Assembly (NCBI GenBank): GCA_919902995.1 | Contig: CAKKSD010000050.1 | Coordinates: 14,499-78,498 of the forward strand | Source: Thermodesulfovibrionia bacterium | GTDB lineage: Bacteria > Nitrospirota > Thermodesulfovibrionia > JACRGW01 | Direction of reading: 5' to 3' | Length of the DNA: 64,000 nt | Shown here: positions 52,610 to 63,751 of the stretch, piece after piece | Layout of the letters: each line of letters starts with the position of its first letter | Numbering within the stretch: the first letter of the stretch is position 1 | Program-made: the position numbers and the translations under genes | Notes under the pieces: generated by a model | What the model saw: only the letters and a program-made list of their open reading frames with translations | What the model was told of the DNA's origin: nothing | The model's database searches: none

Positions 52610-53576
52610 GGGATTAGAGACTAAGACTGGTACAGCAAAAGCTACAAGGGTTGCTTACGGAGAAGTTCTCCTCGAACTCGGCAAGAAGAGGCAAGATATA
52701 GTCGTCCTTGATGCCGACCTCTCAGGTTCTACAAACACAGGGAAATTTGGGAAGGCATTTCCAGACAGGTTCTTCAATATAGGGATCTCCGAACAGGATA
52801 TGATGGGTACAGCAGCAGGGCTTTCCCTCGCAGGAAAGCTCCCCTTTGCATCAACCTTTGCTATCTTTGCCACAGGCAGGGCATGGGAACAGGTGAGGCA
52901 GACGATCTGTTATAGCAATCTGAATGTAAAGATAGTCGCAACCCACGGGGGTATCACAGTAGGTGAAGACGGGGCATCCCATCAGTCCGTCGAAGACTTA
53001 ACTCTGATGAGGGTGTTACCGAATATGACGATAATTGTCCCTGCAGATGCAAAAGAAACAGAAGAGGTTATCGAAGTCATTTCCGATGAATATGGGCCTA
53101 CATACGTGCGTCTGGGTAGGGCGAAGGTACCTGTTATTATGCCTGAGGATTACAGATTCAATATAGGTAAGGCCTATATATTTCATATCGGGAAAGATGC
53201 GAATATCATATCCTGTGGCATTATGGTAGAGAAGGCTCTCAAGGCATCAGAAAGGCTGAAGAATGATGGTCTTGATGTAGGGGTAATAAATATGTCTACC
53301 ATAAAACCGATTGATGAAGAGACAATAATATCAGTAGCAAAAACAAGCAGGGCAATAGTGACAGCCGAGGAACATTCGATTATCGGTGGTCTCGGAAGTG
53401 CTGTCACAGAGGTCCTTTCAGAGAAGTATCCTGTCCCTGTAAAAAGGATAGGAGTCAAAGATTGTTTCGGATGTTCAGGTGATCCCGAGGGTTTACTCAA
53501 ACTCTATAGTCTTACAGTAGAAGATATTATTGCTGGAATAAGGGAAGTAGTAAGGATGAAGGACAATTTATGGTAG
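52602..53576 (+). CDS. Transketolase, C-terminal subunit
   Basis: DADL, GISEQ, GEDGASHQ, EEHS..GGLG. Confidence 0.92.
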   Translation: MGKGLETKTGTAKATRVAYGEVLLELGKKRQDIVVLDADLSGSTNTGKFGKAFPDRFFNIGISEQDMMGTAAGLSLAGKLPFASTFAIFATGRAWEQVRQTICYSNLNVKIVATHGGITVGEDGASHQSVEDLTLMRVLPNMTIIVPADAKETEEVIEVISDEYGPTYVRLGRAKVPVIMPEDYRFNIGKAYIFHIGKDANIISCGIMVEKALKASERLKNDGLDVGVINMSTIKPIDEETIISVAKTSRAIVTAEEHSIIGGLGSAVTEVLSEKYPVPVKRIGVKDCFGCSGDPEGLLKLYSLTVEDIIAGIREVVRMKDNLW

Positions 53577-54235
53577 AGATGTTCAATGTCTCAAAGTATT
53601 ATGACAGAGAAGTACCTGCCCTTGAAGATGTGAGTCTAAAGGTTAATAAAGGTGAGTTTATATTCATTACAGGACCGAGTGGTGCAGGAAAGACGACCTT
53701 ACTTAAACTTCTCTTCTGTGCCGAGAAGGCAGATGCAGGCCAGATATTTATTGCTGGATGGGATCTCGATAGACTTAAAAAGAATAGTATTCCCTACCTG
53801 AGAAGGAATATAGGCATAGTATTTCAGGACTTTAAACTACTTCCTAACATGACTGTCCTTGAGAATATAGCCTTTGCCATGAGGGTCGTAGGAAACCCTG
53901 AAAAAGAAATCAAAAAGAAGGCACTTAATGTCCTTAAACTCGTTGACCTTATGCACAAGGCCGATGATTATCCTCTCCATCTCTCCGGTGGAGAGCAACA
54001 GAGGGTAGCTATTGGCAGAGCTGTCTGTAACGAACCCACAATTCTTCTCGCCGATGAACCTACGGGCAATCTTGATACCAAATCATCAGTGGCTATTATA
54101 GATATATTTAAAGAGATTAATTCAAAAGGGACGACTGTTTTAGTTGCAACCCACAATGAAAATCTTTTCCTTTCCTCAGGAAGAAGGGTTGTAATCCTGG
54201 ATAGGGGGAAAGTAACAGAGGAAGGGCTCCGTTGA
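53570..54235 (+). CDS. ftsE: Cell division ATP-binding protein
   Basis: GPSGAGKT, VFQDFKLL, LSGGEQQR, ADEPTGNLD. Confidence 0.92.
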   Translation: MVEMFNVSKYYDREVPALEDVSLKVNKGEFIFITGPSGAGKTTLLKLLFCAEKADAGQIFIAGWDLDRLKKNSIPYLRRNIGIVFQDFKLLPNMTVLENIAFAMRVVGNPEKEIKKKALNVLKLVDLMHKADDYPLHLSGGEQQRVAIGRAVCNEPTILLADEPTGNLDTKSSVAIIDIFKEINSKGTTVLVATHNENLFLSSGRRVVILDRGKVTEEGLR

Positions 54236-55098
54236 TTTCATACCATCTCAGAGAAGGTCTAAGGAATATTAGCAGGAATAAGTTGCTTGCCATCACGGCT
54301 ACCTTTATTATTTCAATCTCAATGATGATCTTCGGGATTTTCCTCATTCTCTTTTTAAACCTCAACCATCTTCACCAGAGCTGGGCGGAAAGGGTGCAGA
54401 TAACGGTCTACCTCAAAGAGGACGCGGATGAAAGCAACCTGATAGAGATTATAGGAAAGGAAAAAGAGGTGGCTGAAATTTTTTATACATCCAAAGAAAA
54501 GGCACTTATAGAGTTCAAGAAAGAACTTGGAAGAGACAAAGATATTTTGTATAGCATCGGAAACAATCCACTCCCCTCCTCTCTCGATATAATACTCAAG
54601 AAAGAGTATAGATCATCAGAATCTGTAGAACCCTTAGTAATAACCTTTAAGAGGCTTCAAGGAGTCGAAGAGGTTCACTATGGAGAAAACTGGGTGAGAG
54701 ACCTTACAGCCCTTTTAAAAGGACTAAAGATAACAGGTCTCTTCCTAGGTACTCTCCTTGCCTTCGGGGTTGCATTTATTATATCGAATACCATAAGGCT
54801 TACACTTTATGCACGCCAGGAGGAGATAGAAATCATGAAACTTATAGGAGCGACTAAGGGCTTCATCAGGGGACCCTTCCTTGTAGAAGGAGCCCTTCAG
54901 GGAATTTGTGGTGGGGCTTTATCAATCTTATTACTCTACGGTTTCTACCATATTATAGCTTATGAGATCAATACCAGATTTCCCGGATTTCATCCGGACT
55001 TCCTCGCTCCTTCTCTACTTATTCAAATATGCCTTTCCGGCTTATTTTTAGGTTTCTTAGGTAGTTTCTCTTCCATAGAGAGATTTCTTAAGATGTAA
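54232..55098 (+). CDS. ftsX: Cell division permease
   Basis: NPLP, ISNTIRL...EIEIMKLIGA...FIRGPF. Confidence 0.92.
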   Translation: MISYHLREGLRNISRNKLLAITATFIISISMMIFGIFLILFLNLNHLHQSWAERVQITVYLKEDADESNLIEIIGKEKEVAEIFYTSKEKALIEFKKELGRDKDILYSIGNNPLPSSLDIILKKEYRSSESVEPLVITFKRLQGVEEVHYGENWVRDLTALLKGLKITGLFLGTLLAFGVAFIISNTIRLTLYARQEEIEIMKLIGATKGFIRGPFLVEGALQGICGGALSILLLYGFYHIIAYEINTRFPGFHPDFLAPSLLIQICLSGLFLGFLGSFSSIERFLKM

Positions 55099-55136
55099 AA
55101 TCATAGAAGGATAACGGAGGTTCGTGGAGAGAATAA

Positions 55137-56285
55137 ATGATCCTGAAAATACTTATTTTTATCACGGTCTTCCTCTATCTGTCATCTTCTTCAAATGAAG
55201 TATTGGGCAAATCAAAAGAGGAGGAATTAAAAAGGTTTCGTAACAGGATTAGAGAAGAGAAGACAAGGATTAAGAAGGTTGAAAAGAAAGAGAGGTCCGT
55301 ACTATCAGAACTTGAGTTGATAGAGAAAGCTATTAAAGAGAAGGAAAGAGAATTTAAGGACTATGACCACAAACTCAAAGAGACCGAAAAGAAGATAAAG
55401 GAGGTAGAATCAGGACTCGTCCTGCTTAATAAAAGAATTATAGTGAAGAGAGACCATCTCAGAGAAAGGCTTAGGGCTGTATATAAACAGGGAAGGAGAG
55501 GTTACTACTATGGAGTCCTTATAGGTGCTAAAGACTCTGAGGATCTTTTCAAGAGATATAAATACCTTAGGGTTACAGCAGATCAAGATTATCGTTTTAT
55601 CGAGTCATATAAGAAAGACATGGCTCACTTAAAGAAAAATCTGGTATCCATGGAAAAACTCAAGGAAGAATTCTCTTCTTATAGAGACAAAGTAAAGGAA
55701 AAAGAAAAAGAGATGAAGGATGGAAAAAATAAGAAACTTACCCTTCTCACTTCCCTCAAGACAGAAAAAAATACACGGGAAAGACTAATCAAAGAGTTAG
55801 AAGAGGCCGCCAAGAATTTAGAAACTCTTATTAAGGAATCAGATAGGAAAATAGAAGTACCACCAGTATCCGGTACCGGTTTTGCTGGCCAGAAGGGAAG
55901 GCTCCCATGGCCTAGTGAAGGAAGGCTTATGACCCTCTTTGGTAAACAGATAGATGCAGAATTTAATACACCTATATTTAAAAGGGGTATAGAGATACGC
56001 ACCCAATCTGGTGATGATATCAAGGCTATTCATAAGGGCTCTGTTGTGTATGCCGACTGGTTCAAGGGTTATGGAAAAATGTTGATTATTAACCATGGTG
56101 AACGTTATTATAGTGTGTATGCACATGCCTCAGATATCTTTCCAAAGGTTGGAGAGACCGTATCTGATAGTCAGGTGATAGGTAAGATAGGGGATACAGG
56201 TTCTATCAAAGGACCAATCCTCTATTTTGAAATACGCTATAAAGGGGAACCACAGGACCCTTTGGTATGGTTAAGAAAAAAATAG
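55137..56285 (+). CDS. envC: EnvC-like murein hydrolase activator
   Basis: Long coiled coil plus a degenerate M23 domain (LPWP, LYFEIR). Follows ftsEX. Confidence 0.85.
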   Translation: MILKILIFITVFLYLSSSSNEVLGKSKEEELKRFRNRIREEKTRIKKVEKKERSVLSELELIEKAIKEKEREFKDYDHKLKETEKKIKEVESGLVLLNKRIIVKRDHLRERLRAVYKQGRRGYYYGVLIGAKDSEDLFKRYKYLRVTADQDYRFIESYKKDMAHLKKNLVSMEKLKEEFSSYRDKVKEKEKEMKDGKNKKLTLLTSLKTEKNTRERLIKELEEAAKNLETLIKESDRKIEVPPVSGTGFAGQKGRLPWPSEGRLMTLFGKQIDAEFNTPIFKRGIEIRTQSGDDIKAIHKGSVVYADWFKGYGKMLIINHGERYYSVYAHASDIFPKVGETVSDSQVIGKIGDTGSIKGPILYFEIRYKGEPQDPLVWLRKK

Positions 56286-56396
56286 GCAATCTTTAAAATT
56301 GTCATTCTGAGTGTAAGACTAAGAATCTCATTTAGGGAATCTGCCCCTGAATCTGACTCAGGTGCAGGATAATATAATAAAAATCAGGAGGATAAA

Positions 56397-57704
56397 ATGG
56401 GAAAAAGATTCAAGAAAATAACAGGCTATATTGCCTTCGTCCTCATAATTGCTATGCTCGGAGTTTTCATGGGACGATGGTCTGCAGAAGGGGTTCGTTT
56501 AGAGGGAGAGACATACGAAAGCCTTAAAATTTTTACAGAGGTTTTCTCCCTCATCCAAAAAAATTATGTTGAAGAGGCCAATTCTAAAGAACTATTAAGG
56601 GGAGCCATAAAGGGAATGCTCAATTCCCTTGATCCTCACTCCTCTTTTATGACGCCCGAGCAATATAAAGAGATGCAGGTCGACACAAAAGGGGAATTCG
56701 GTGGGATCGGTATCCAGATAGGAGTAAAGGATAGCCATCTCACAGTGATCGCCCCTATAGAGGGAACCCCAGCTGATAGGGCAGGTATAAAGGCAGGTGA
56801 TAGAATAGTAAAAATAAATGGAGAACCCACAAAAGATATGTCCCTGCAGGATGCCGTGGGAAAGATGAGGGGTTCCAAAGGAACATCAGTCACTATAACG
56901 ATAATAAGAGAAGGTATTACGGAACCAAAGGATTTCACTATGGTAAGAGATATAATAAAGATAAAGAGTGTAAGGTCAAAGATGTTAGAAGATGGAATTG
57001 GGTATATAAGGGTCAGCCAGTTTCAGGAACAAACAGGGTCAGACCTGGCAGAAGCATTAAAAGGTTTAGAGAAGGAAAATGCACATTCGCTTGTCCTCGA
57101 TCTCAGGAATAATCCGGGGGGTTTACTAAATATTGCGGTCGAAGTTACAGGAGAGTTTATCCCACCTGGTAAATTGGTAGTCTTTATAAAAGGACGGAAT
57201 GGAGAAAAGAGCGAATACGTCACTGATGCCAAGAGGCCTTACTATAATCTCCCAATGATCGTTTTGGTAAATGAGGGTAGTGCCAGCGCCTCCGAGATTG
57301 TGGCAGGGGCAGTACAGGACTGGGGCAGGTCTATAGTACTTGGCACTCAGACCTTTGGAAAAGGCTCTGTACAGACTGTGATACCTTTAAGCGATGGTTC
57401 AGGGTTAAGACTTACTACAGCAAAATATTTTACACCAAAAGGAAACTCTATCCAGAATACTGGTATCACCCCTGATATTATAGTCAAAGTAAAGGGTATT
57501 AAGACACAACCAAGAGAGAAGGATTTAGATCACCATCTTACGAATGAGCAGAAAAAGGATGCAGATATCAAGAAAAAGCTCCCAGAAGAGGAGGTTTCTG
57601 CAGGCGTAGAGGATAAAGAAGGAAAGGAAGATATCCAGCTTCAGAGGGCAATTGATGTTCTTAAAGGATGGAAGGTTTTTAAAGGAATTCAAAGCAAAAG
57701 CTAA
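56397..57704 (+). CDS. ctpA: S41 carboxy-terminal processing protease
   Basis: LDPHS, PDZ domain, DLRNNPGG, SASASE, FGKGSVQ. Confidence 0.92.
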   Translation: MGKRFKKITGYIAFVLIIAMLGVFMGRWSAEGVRLEGETYESLKIFTEVFSLIQKNYVEEANSKELLRGAIKGMLNSLDPHSSFMTPEQYKEMQVDTKGEFGGIGIQIGVKDSHLTVIAPIEGTPADRAGIKAGDRIVKINGEPTKDMSLQDAVGKMRGSKGTSVTITIIREGITEPKDFTMVRDIIKIKSVRSKMLEDGIGYIRVSQFQEQTGSDLAEALKGLEKENAHSLVLDLRNNPGGLLNIAVEVTGEFIPPGKLVVFIKGRNGEKSEYVTDAKRPYYNLPMIVLVNEGSASASEIVAGAVQDWGRSIVLGTQTFGKGSVQTVIPLSDGSGLRLTTAKYFTPKGNSIQNTGITPDIIVKVKGIKTQPREKDLDHHLTNEQKKDADIKKKLPEEEVSAGVEDKEGKEDIQLQRAIDVLKGWKVFKGIQSKS

Positions 57705-57822
57705 GAATTTTGAATAATTATGAGAAATTATATTGTTTTATGTATAAAATAGGATATAAGAATCAGAACTGCCTGCTAATCCCCCAGAATTAGACTTGCC
57801 TTTTATAATAATAGTAATTATA

Positions 57823-57849
57823 TTAGCACTCTCTTAAGAAGAGTGCTAA
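57823..57849 (+). promoter_or_regulatory. CIRCE element (HrcA operator)
   Basis: Exact TTAGCACTC-N9-GAGTGCTAA upstream of groES. Confidence 0.97.
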
Positions 57850-57872
57850 TATTTTAAAGGAAAGGAGGAGCT

Positions 57873-58133
57873 ATGAAATTTAAGCCATTGAAAGACAGGG
57901 TATTTGTTAAATATTCAGAAGATGTGGAGAAGACATCAGGTGGTATTTATGTACCTGATGTAGCAAAGGAGAAACCACAGAAAGGTACTGTTGAGGCGGT
58001 AGGAAAAGAGGTGAAAGAGGTGAAGGTAGGTAACACAATTCTTTTTGATAAGTTTTCGGGTTCTAAAATAAATCTCGATAATACAGAGTACCTCATCCTA
58101 AAGGAAGAGGATATCCTCGGTATAATAGAGTAA
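57873..58133 (+). CDS. groES: Co-chaperonin GroES
   Basis: KPLKDRV, GGIY.P..AKEKP, EEDILG. Confidence 0.96.
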   Translation: MKFKPLKDRVFVKYSEDVEKTSGGIYVPDVAKEKPQKGTVEAVGKEVKEVKVGNTILFDKFSGSKINLDNTEYLILKEEDILGIIE

Positions 58134-58154
58134 TTAAATACAAGGAGGAAGACT

Positions 58155-59780
58155 ATGGCTAAACAATTGCTTTTTGATGATGCTGCAAGGACATCTATCC
58201 TAAAAGGGGTAATAGTCCTTACCGATGCGGTAAAGGCAACCCTTGGTCCGAAGGGAAGAAATGTTATTATTGACAAAAAATATGGTGCCCCTACTATCAC
58301 AAAAGATGGCGTAACAGTAGCAAAAGAGATAGAGTTAAAGGACCCATACGAAAATATGGGGGCCCAGCTTGTAAGAGAAGTAGCGAGCAAAACAAGTGAT
58401 GTAGCAGGCGATGGAACTACTACTGCTACTGTCCTTGCCTATTCCATCTTTAAGGAAGGCATAAAATATGTAACAGCTGGCGCCAATGCCATGGAAGTGA
58501 AGAGAGGAATAGACAAGTCCGTTGCTGTTGTTGTGGAGGAACTCAAGAAACTTTCAAAGCCAACACAGGAGAAGAAAGAGATCGCTCAGGTAGGAACCAT
58601 CTCTGCCAATAATGATTCAGAAATAGGGAATCTGATTGCTGAGGCAATGGATAAGGTTGGAAAAGACGGTGTAATTACTGTTGAAGAGGCAAAGAGCATG
58701 ACTACCTCTTTAGAGGTGGTAGAAGGGATGCAGTTCGACAGGGGCTATATCTCACCGTATTTCGTTACTGATCCAGAAAGAATGGAAGTCAATCTCGAGG
58801 ATGTCTACATCCTGATCAACGAAAAGAAGGTCAGCGGAATGAAAGATCTCCTTCCGATCCTTGAACAGATCGCGAAGATGGGAAGGCCTCTACTCATAAT
58901 TGCTGAGGATATAGAAGGTGAGGCCCTTGCTACCCTTGTAGTTAATAAACTGAGAGGAACTTTAAGTGTAGCGGCTGTTAAGGCACCTGGATTTGGAGAT
59001 AGACGTAAGGCTATGCTTGACGACATTGGTATCCTTACTGGTGGTCAGATGATTTCAGAGGATATAGGGCTTAAGCTTGAAAATGTGAAGCTCTCTGACC
59101 TCGGCAGGGCAAAGAAGATCCACATTGATAAAGACAACACAACAATAGTAGAAGGCGCTGGGGATTCTGCCAAGATACAGGGTAGGGTTAAACAGATAAA
59201 GACACAGGTAGAAGAAACTACATCTGATTATGACAGGGAAAAGCTCCAGGAAAGGCTTGCTAAACTTGTGGGCGGAGTTGCTGTCATAAATGTTGGTGCC
59301 GCTACAGAGACCGAGATGAAAGAGAAAAAGGCAAGAGTAGAGGATGCCCTGCATGCAACGAGGGCAGCGGTAGAAGAGGGAATCGTCCCTGGTGGAGGTG
59401 TTGCACTATTAAGGTGTATCCCTGCACTCGAAAAGCTTAAGCTTGAAGGGGATCAACAGTTAGGTGTCGCGATTGTTAAGAGGGCCCTCGAGGAACCGAT
59501 AAGGCAGATCGTTAATAACTGTGGGCTTGAAGGCTCAGTAGTAGTTGAGAAGGTGAAGACTGAAAAGACAAACATGGGCTTCGATGCGAATATAGAACAG
59601 TACGTTGATATGATAAGTGCCGGAATCATCGATCCCACAAAGGTCACCCGCTATGCCCTCCAAAATGCCTCCAGCGTAGCAGGACTAATTCTCACAACCT
59701 CTGTTATGGTTACCGATATTCCTGAAGAGAAAAAGGAACCCATGATGCCACCAGGTGGAGGTATGGGCGGAATGTATTAA
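58155..59780 (+). CDS. groEL: Chaperonin GroEL
   Basis: [17 protein letters not shown] tail. Confidence 0.98.
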   Translation: MAKQLLFDDAARTSILKGVIVLTDAVKATLGPKGRNVIIDKKYGAPTITKDGVTVAKEIELKDPYENMGAQLVREVASKTSDVAGDGTTTATVLAYSIFKEGIKYVTAGANAMEVKRGIDKSVAVVVEELKKLSKPTQEKKEIAQVGTISANNDSEIGNLIAEAMDKVGKDGVITVEEAKSMTTSLEVVEGMQFDRGYISPYFVTDPERMEVNLEDVYILINEKKVSGMKDLLPILEQIAKMGRPLLIIAEDIEGEALATLVVNKLRGTLSVAAVKAPGFGDRRKAMLDDIGILTGGQMISEDIGLKLENVKLSDLGRAKKIHIDKDNTTIVEGAGDSAKIQGRVKQIKTQVEETTSDYDREKLQERLAKLVGGVAVINVGAATETEMKEKKARVEDALHATRAAVEEGIVPGGGVALLRCIPALEKLKLEGDQQLGVAIVKRALEEPIRQIVNNCGLEGSVVVEKVKTEKTNMGFDANIEQYVDMISAGIIDPTKVTRYALQNASSVAGLILTTSVMVTDIPEEKKEPMMPPGGGMGGMY

Positions 59781-59803
59781 AGATTAAAAATCTGAGTTTT
59801 ATT

Positions 59804-59850
59804 GAAGGCCCTTTCTTGTTTAATTATGGAAAACAGAAAAGGGCCTTCTC
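59804..59850 (+). terminator. Stem-loop after groEL
   Basis: GAAGGCCCTTT...AAAGGGCCTTC. Confidence 0.6.
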
Positions 59851-60014
59851 TTCATAATTCCTTTCCTTCCAATACCCGGTCTATATTCTACCTTTCGGTT
59901 TTAGATTGACAATAAAAGAGCAGGTATAATATACTTACAAAAATTTAATCTTATAGATATTCTTTGATGACAAAGAAATAAAAAAATTTATATTTGAAAG
60001 AGGAGGAGATTCTT

Positions 60015-60344
60015 ATGGAAGGTTTATTAAAGGTCAACAGTGAATCATGGGAAAGGGAAGTCTTGGAGGCTAAAGGCCATGTCTTGGTCGATTTCTGGGC
60101 TTCATGGTGTGGTCCATGCATGATGATCGCTCCTATAATTGAAGAAATGGCAACCGAATACGCCGGTAAGCTCAAGGTTTTGAAGTTAAATACCGATGAA
60201 AATCCAGAAATAGCAAGCAGATATAAAATTATGGGGATCCCTACGCTTATATTTTTTAAAGATGGGAAGATCGTAGATCAGATCGTTGGTGCAGTGCCAA
60301 AGTCTCAACTCAAAACAAAAATCGATTCTATGATGGTTAAATAA
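60015..60344 (+). CDS. trxA: Thioredoxin
   Basis: WCGPC motif. GAGGAGG RBS before ATG 60015. Confidence 0.95.
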   Translation: MEGLLKVNSESWEREVLEAKGHVLVDFWASWCGPCMMIAPIIEEMATEYAGKLKVLKLNTDENPEIASRYKIMGIPTLIFFKDGKIVDQIVGAVPKSQLKTKIDSMMVK

Positions 60345-60429
60345 TAACACATTGCTCAAGGGATCATGGTGTATCAGTGTATTGCGATACACCCATACAG
60401 AATCGTCAGATTATAAATCCTTCAGTAAT

Positions 60430-61353
60430 ATGACTGGAAAATACGATGTGGTTATTATTGGTGGTGGCCCTGCAGGACTTACTGCAGGGCTTTATACTTC
60501 AAGGGCCATGATGAAATCACTTCTCATAGAAAAAGGCATTCCCGGCGGTCAGATGGCCACTACCTACCGTATTGAAAATTATCCAGGTTTCGATGAAGGC
60601 ATTTCTGGTTTAGAACTTTCGCAAAGAATGGAGAGACAGGCAAGAAAATTCGGTCTTGAGTTCAGTTCGGGAAGGGTTGAGGAAATTAGACTTGATGATA
60701 ATGAAAAGGTTCTTATAACAGATGATGGTCTTGAAATAAGGACAAAGGCATTAATCATTGCGACAGGAGTAGAGCCAAAGAGTCTTAAAGTGGATGGGGA
60801 AGAAAGATTCAGGGGAAGGGGGGTTTCCTATTGTGCTACCTGCGATGGTGCCTTCTTCCGTGACAAGAAGATAGCGGTAATAGGAGGGGGAGACTCGGCA
60901 CTCGAAGAAGCACTCTTCCTTACACGCTTTGCAGAGGAGATCTTCATTATTCATAGAAGAGATAAGCTCAGGGCAACAAGGATATTACAGGAGAGAGCCT
61001 TTGAAGAGAGTAAAATTAAGTTCATATGGGATTCCTTTGTAGAAAAAATAGAGGGGGATGATACTGTAAATAAAATAGTAATACGAAACCTTAAGAACGA
61101 TAAAACTGAATTCTTTTCAGTTAGTGGGGTCTTTATCTATATTGGCTCCAACTCAAATACAGAGTTTCTCCGTGGTTTAGTTAATCTCGATAGTAATGGT
61201 TTCATAATTACAGATGAAAAAATGGCTACTTCTGTTCCAGGCATATATGCAGCCGGAGATGTAAGAACTAAAACATTAAAACAGATAGCTACTGCTGTTG
61301 GTGATGGTGCAATAGCTGCCAAATCAGCTGAGAAATATATAGAAGATAAGTAA
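60430..61353 (+). CDS. trxB: Thioredoxin reductase
   Basis: GGGPAG, CATC, GGGDSA, HRR, AGD. ATG at 60430 preferred. Confidence 0.95.
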   Translation: MTGKYDVVIIGGGPAGLTAGLYTSRAMMKSLLIEKGIPGGQMATTYRIENYPGFDEGISGLELSQRMERQARKFGLEFSSGRVEEIRLDDNEKVLITDDGLEIRTKALIIATGVEPKSLKVDGEERFRGRGVSYCATCDGAFFRDKKIAVIGGGDSALEEALFLTRFAEEIFIIHRRDKLRATRILQERAFEESKIKFIWDSFVEKIEGDDTVNKIVIRNLKNDKTEFFSVSGVFIYIGSNSNTEFLRGLVNLDSNGFIITDEKMATSVPGIYAAGDVRTKTLKQIATAVGDGAIAAKSAEKYIEDK

Positions 61354-61859
61354 TGGTGATAAGAAGAGGAATCACAGTTGGAATTATCTTATCCTCTCTT
61401 TTTTTAATCGCTAATGGCTGTGTAAAAAAAGAACGAAAGGCTACTATTGGAAACCCTGCCCCTGAATTTACACTCACCGATCTCACTGGGAAAAAGGTAA
61501 GATTATCAGATTATAGCGGGAAGGTAGTGCTTATTGATTTCTGGGCAACCTGGTGTCCTCCATGCAAGGAATCTATCCCTTTCTTGGAATCTCTTTATCA
61601 AAGATACAAGGAAAGGGGGTTTGTGGTTATCGGAATATCACTGGATGAAGAGACTGAAATAGTAGAGAGGTTTAAAAAGAGATTCAAAATTACCTATCCT
61701 ATCCTTATGGGGGAAGAAAAGACTAAAAAAGACTATCGCATTACAGGGCTTCCTGAGATGTTTATCCTGGAAAGGAATGGTAATCTCAGGTATCACCACT
61801 TAGGCTTTAACAAGTCTCTTAAAGACAAGATTGACAAAGAGATAAAAGGTCTCCTTTAA
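61353..61859 (+). CDS. TlpA/ResA-family thiol-disulfide oxidoreductase, lipoprotein-like
   Basis: ANGC lipobox-like motif and FWATWCPPC. Confidence 0.88.
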   Translation: MVIRRGITVGIILSSLFLIANGCVKKERKATIGNPAPEFTLTDLTGKKVRLSDYSGKVVLIDFWATWCPPCKESIPFLESLYQRYKERGFVVIGISLDEETEIVERFKKRFKITYPILMGEEKTKKDYRITGLPEMFILERNGNLRYHHLGFNKSLKDKIDKEIKGLL

Positions 61860-61865
61860 GGTATC

Positions 61866-63287
61866 TCAACCCAACCTCTTTTTTAGGAGCTCATTAACCA
61901 TGGCAGGGTTAGCTTTACCATGGGTTGCCTTCATGACCTGACCTACAAAGAACCCGAAGAGCTTTTCTTTTCCTGCCTTATATTCAGTAACCTGATTTGA
62001 GTTTTCCTCTATAATTCCATCAATTATTTTAAGAAGTTCATCCTGATCAGATACCTGAAGTAATCCCTTATCCTTAACTATTGCCATCGCAGCCTTACCC
62101 GTTCTGTACATATCCTCAAATACTGTTTTTGCAATCTTACCGCTTATCACATCTTCATCAATAAGTCTCAGCATATCGACAAGCTGTTGGGGACGAATCG
62201 GACATTCCATTATTTCTTTATTATCCAGATTAAGCAGTCTCATAAGTTCACCCATAATCCAGTTACTTATTACCTTAGGCTGTCTGTAATGCCTTAGGCA
62301 TTCTTCAAAATAATCTGCCATTTCCTTAGTTGATGTGAGAAGGTCAGAATCGTATTCAGGAAGACCATAATCCTTTACAAACCTCTCTCTCTTTATATGT
62401 GGTAACTCAGGTAAGCCCTCCCTTATCTCATCTATCCACGCCATATCAATTACAACCGGAACAAGATCTGGTTCGGGAAAATAGCGGTAATCATGTGCCT
62501 CTTCCTTTGTCCTCATCGACATCGTTATTCCCTGTTCGGGTTCCCAGAGCCTTGTTTGCTGAATGATTTTTCCCTTTTCCTCTAATATATCCTTCTGTCT
62601 CTTAATCTCATATTCGAGCGCCTGTCTCACATGTTTGAAGGAGTTCATATTCTTTATCTCTGTCTTTATTCCAAATTCTTCTGCCCCCACCGGCCTGATA
62701 GAGACATTCGCGTCGCACCTGAGACTCCCCTGCTCCATATTCCCATCACAAACATCGAGATACCTGAGGATAGACCTCAATTTTATCACATACTCCGATG
62801 CCTCTTCAGGGCTTCTTATATCAGGTTTACTCACTATCTCCATAAGGGGAACCCCTGCCCTGTTTAGGTCCACATGGCTCGCCCCAATTTCATGGATATT
62901 CTTTCCTGCATCCTCCTCGAGATGGACCCTTGTAATGCCTATACCCCTGATTTTTCCATTAACAACTATCTCAATATACCCTTCTGTTGCTATAGGAAGT
63001 TCATACTGTGAGATCTGGTATCCTTTTGGAAGATCGGGATAAAAATAGTTCTTCCTCGCAAACCGGCTGTATGAAGCAATCGAGCAGTTTAATGCAAGGC
63101 CTGTCTTTATAGTAAACTCAATTGCCTTCTTATTCATAACAGGAAGTACACCGGGCATGCCAATACAAATCGGACAGGTCTGGGAATTTGGAGGCTCCCC
63201 AAATTTAGTGCTACACCCACAAAACATCTTCGATTTCGTTAAGAGCTGTGCATGTACCTCAAGCCCTATGACCGCTTCGTATCGCAT
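61866..63287 (-). CDS. gatB: Asp/Glu-tRNA amidotransferase subunit B
   Basis: [35 protein letters not shown]. Confidence 0.97.
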   Translation of the reverse strand: MRYEAVIGLEVHAQLLTKSKMFCGCSTKFGEPPNSQTCPICIGMPGVLPVMNKKAIEFTIKTGLALNCSIASYSRFARKNYFYPDLPKGYQISQYELPIATEGYIEIVVNGKIRGIGITRVHLEEDAGKNIHEIGASHVDLNRAGVPLMEIVSKPDIRSPEEASEYVIKLRSILRYLDVCDGNMEQGSLRCDANVSIRPVGAEEFGIKTEIKNMNSFKHVRQALEYEIKRQKDILEEKGKIIQQTRLWEPEQGITMSMRTKEEAHDYRYFPEPDLVPVVIDMAWIDEIREGLPELPHIKRERFVKDYGLPEYDSDLLTSTKEMADYFEECLRHYRQPKVISNWIMGELMRLLNLDNKEIMECPIRPQQLVDMLRLIDEDVISGKIAKTVFEDMYRTGKAAMAIVKDKGLLQVSDQDELLKIIDGIIEENSNQVTEYKAGKEKLFGFFVGQVMKATHGKANPAMVNELLKKRLG

Positions 63288-63352
63288 AATTAACCTTCTT
63301 ATCTTTTCTTATTTAGGTTTCACCTTTATTATAAACACACCCCTACCCCTCT

Positions 63353-63751
63353 TTAATGTGTTTCCAAAAAACGCTGCGGTGTTACTATATTGATTCCCAT
63401 ATATTCCTTTATAACAAGGATCTTCTTATCACCTGTTATAACAGCATCCGCTTTTAATGCCACAGCACATTCAATAAACTTATCATCATCAGGGTCTTTT
63501 TTTACAATACTTATCTTTGGTGTTTTTGTGGTAAACAGGAGGTTAAAGCCCCTTGAGAATAGAGCTAACAACTCTTCAAGCTCATGCTCGTCTTTCAGAC
63601 CGATTCTGCAAAGGACATCCACATATTCTTCAAGAATTGCCTTTGACAGGCAGAGGGTTATTTTTTCTTTCTTCCACAGATCAATAATTTTTCTCGGATT
63701 TCCGCCAAAAAAAGATGAAACAAAGATATTCGTATCAATGACAACCTTCAT
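63353..63751 (-). CDS. PIN-domain putative toxin
   Basis: VVIDTNIFVS, DPDDDKFIECA, ITGD. Confidence 0.88.
   Translation of the reverse strand: MKVVIDTNIFVSSFFGGNPRKIIDLWKKEKITLCLSKAILEEYVDVLCRIGLKDEHELEELLALFSRGFNLLFTTKTPKISIVKKDPDDDKFIECAVALKADAVITGDKKILVIKEYMGINIVTPQRFLETH

Noticed and set aside
60015..61859. Selenocysteine in the trxA, trxB or TlpA redox motifs
   Set aside because: All CxxC motifs use Cys codons in open frames.
38471..63287. Co-occurrence of glnS and gatB as an anomaly
   Set aside because: Common: GatCAB can serve Asn-tRNA formation when GlnRS is present.
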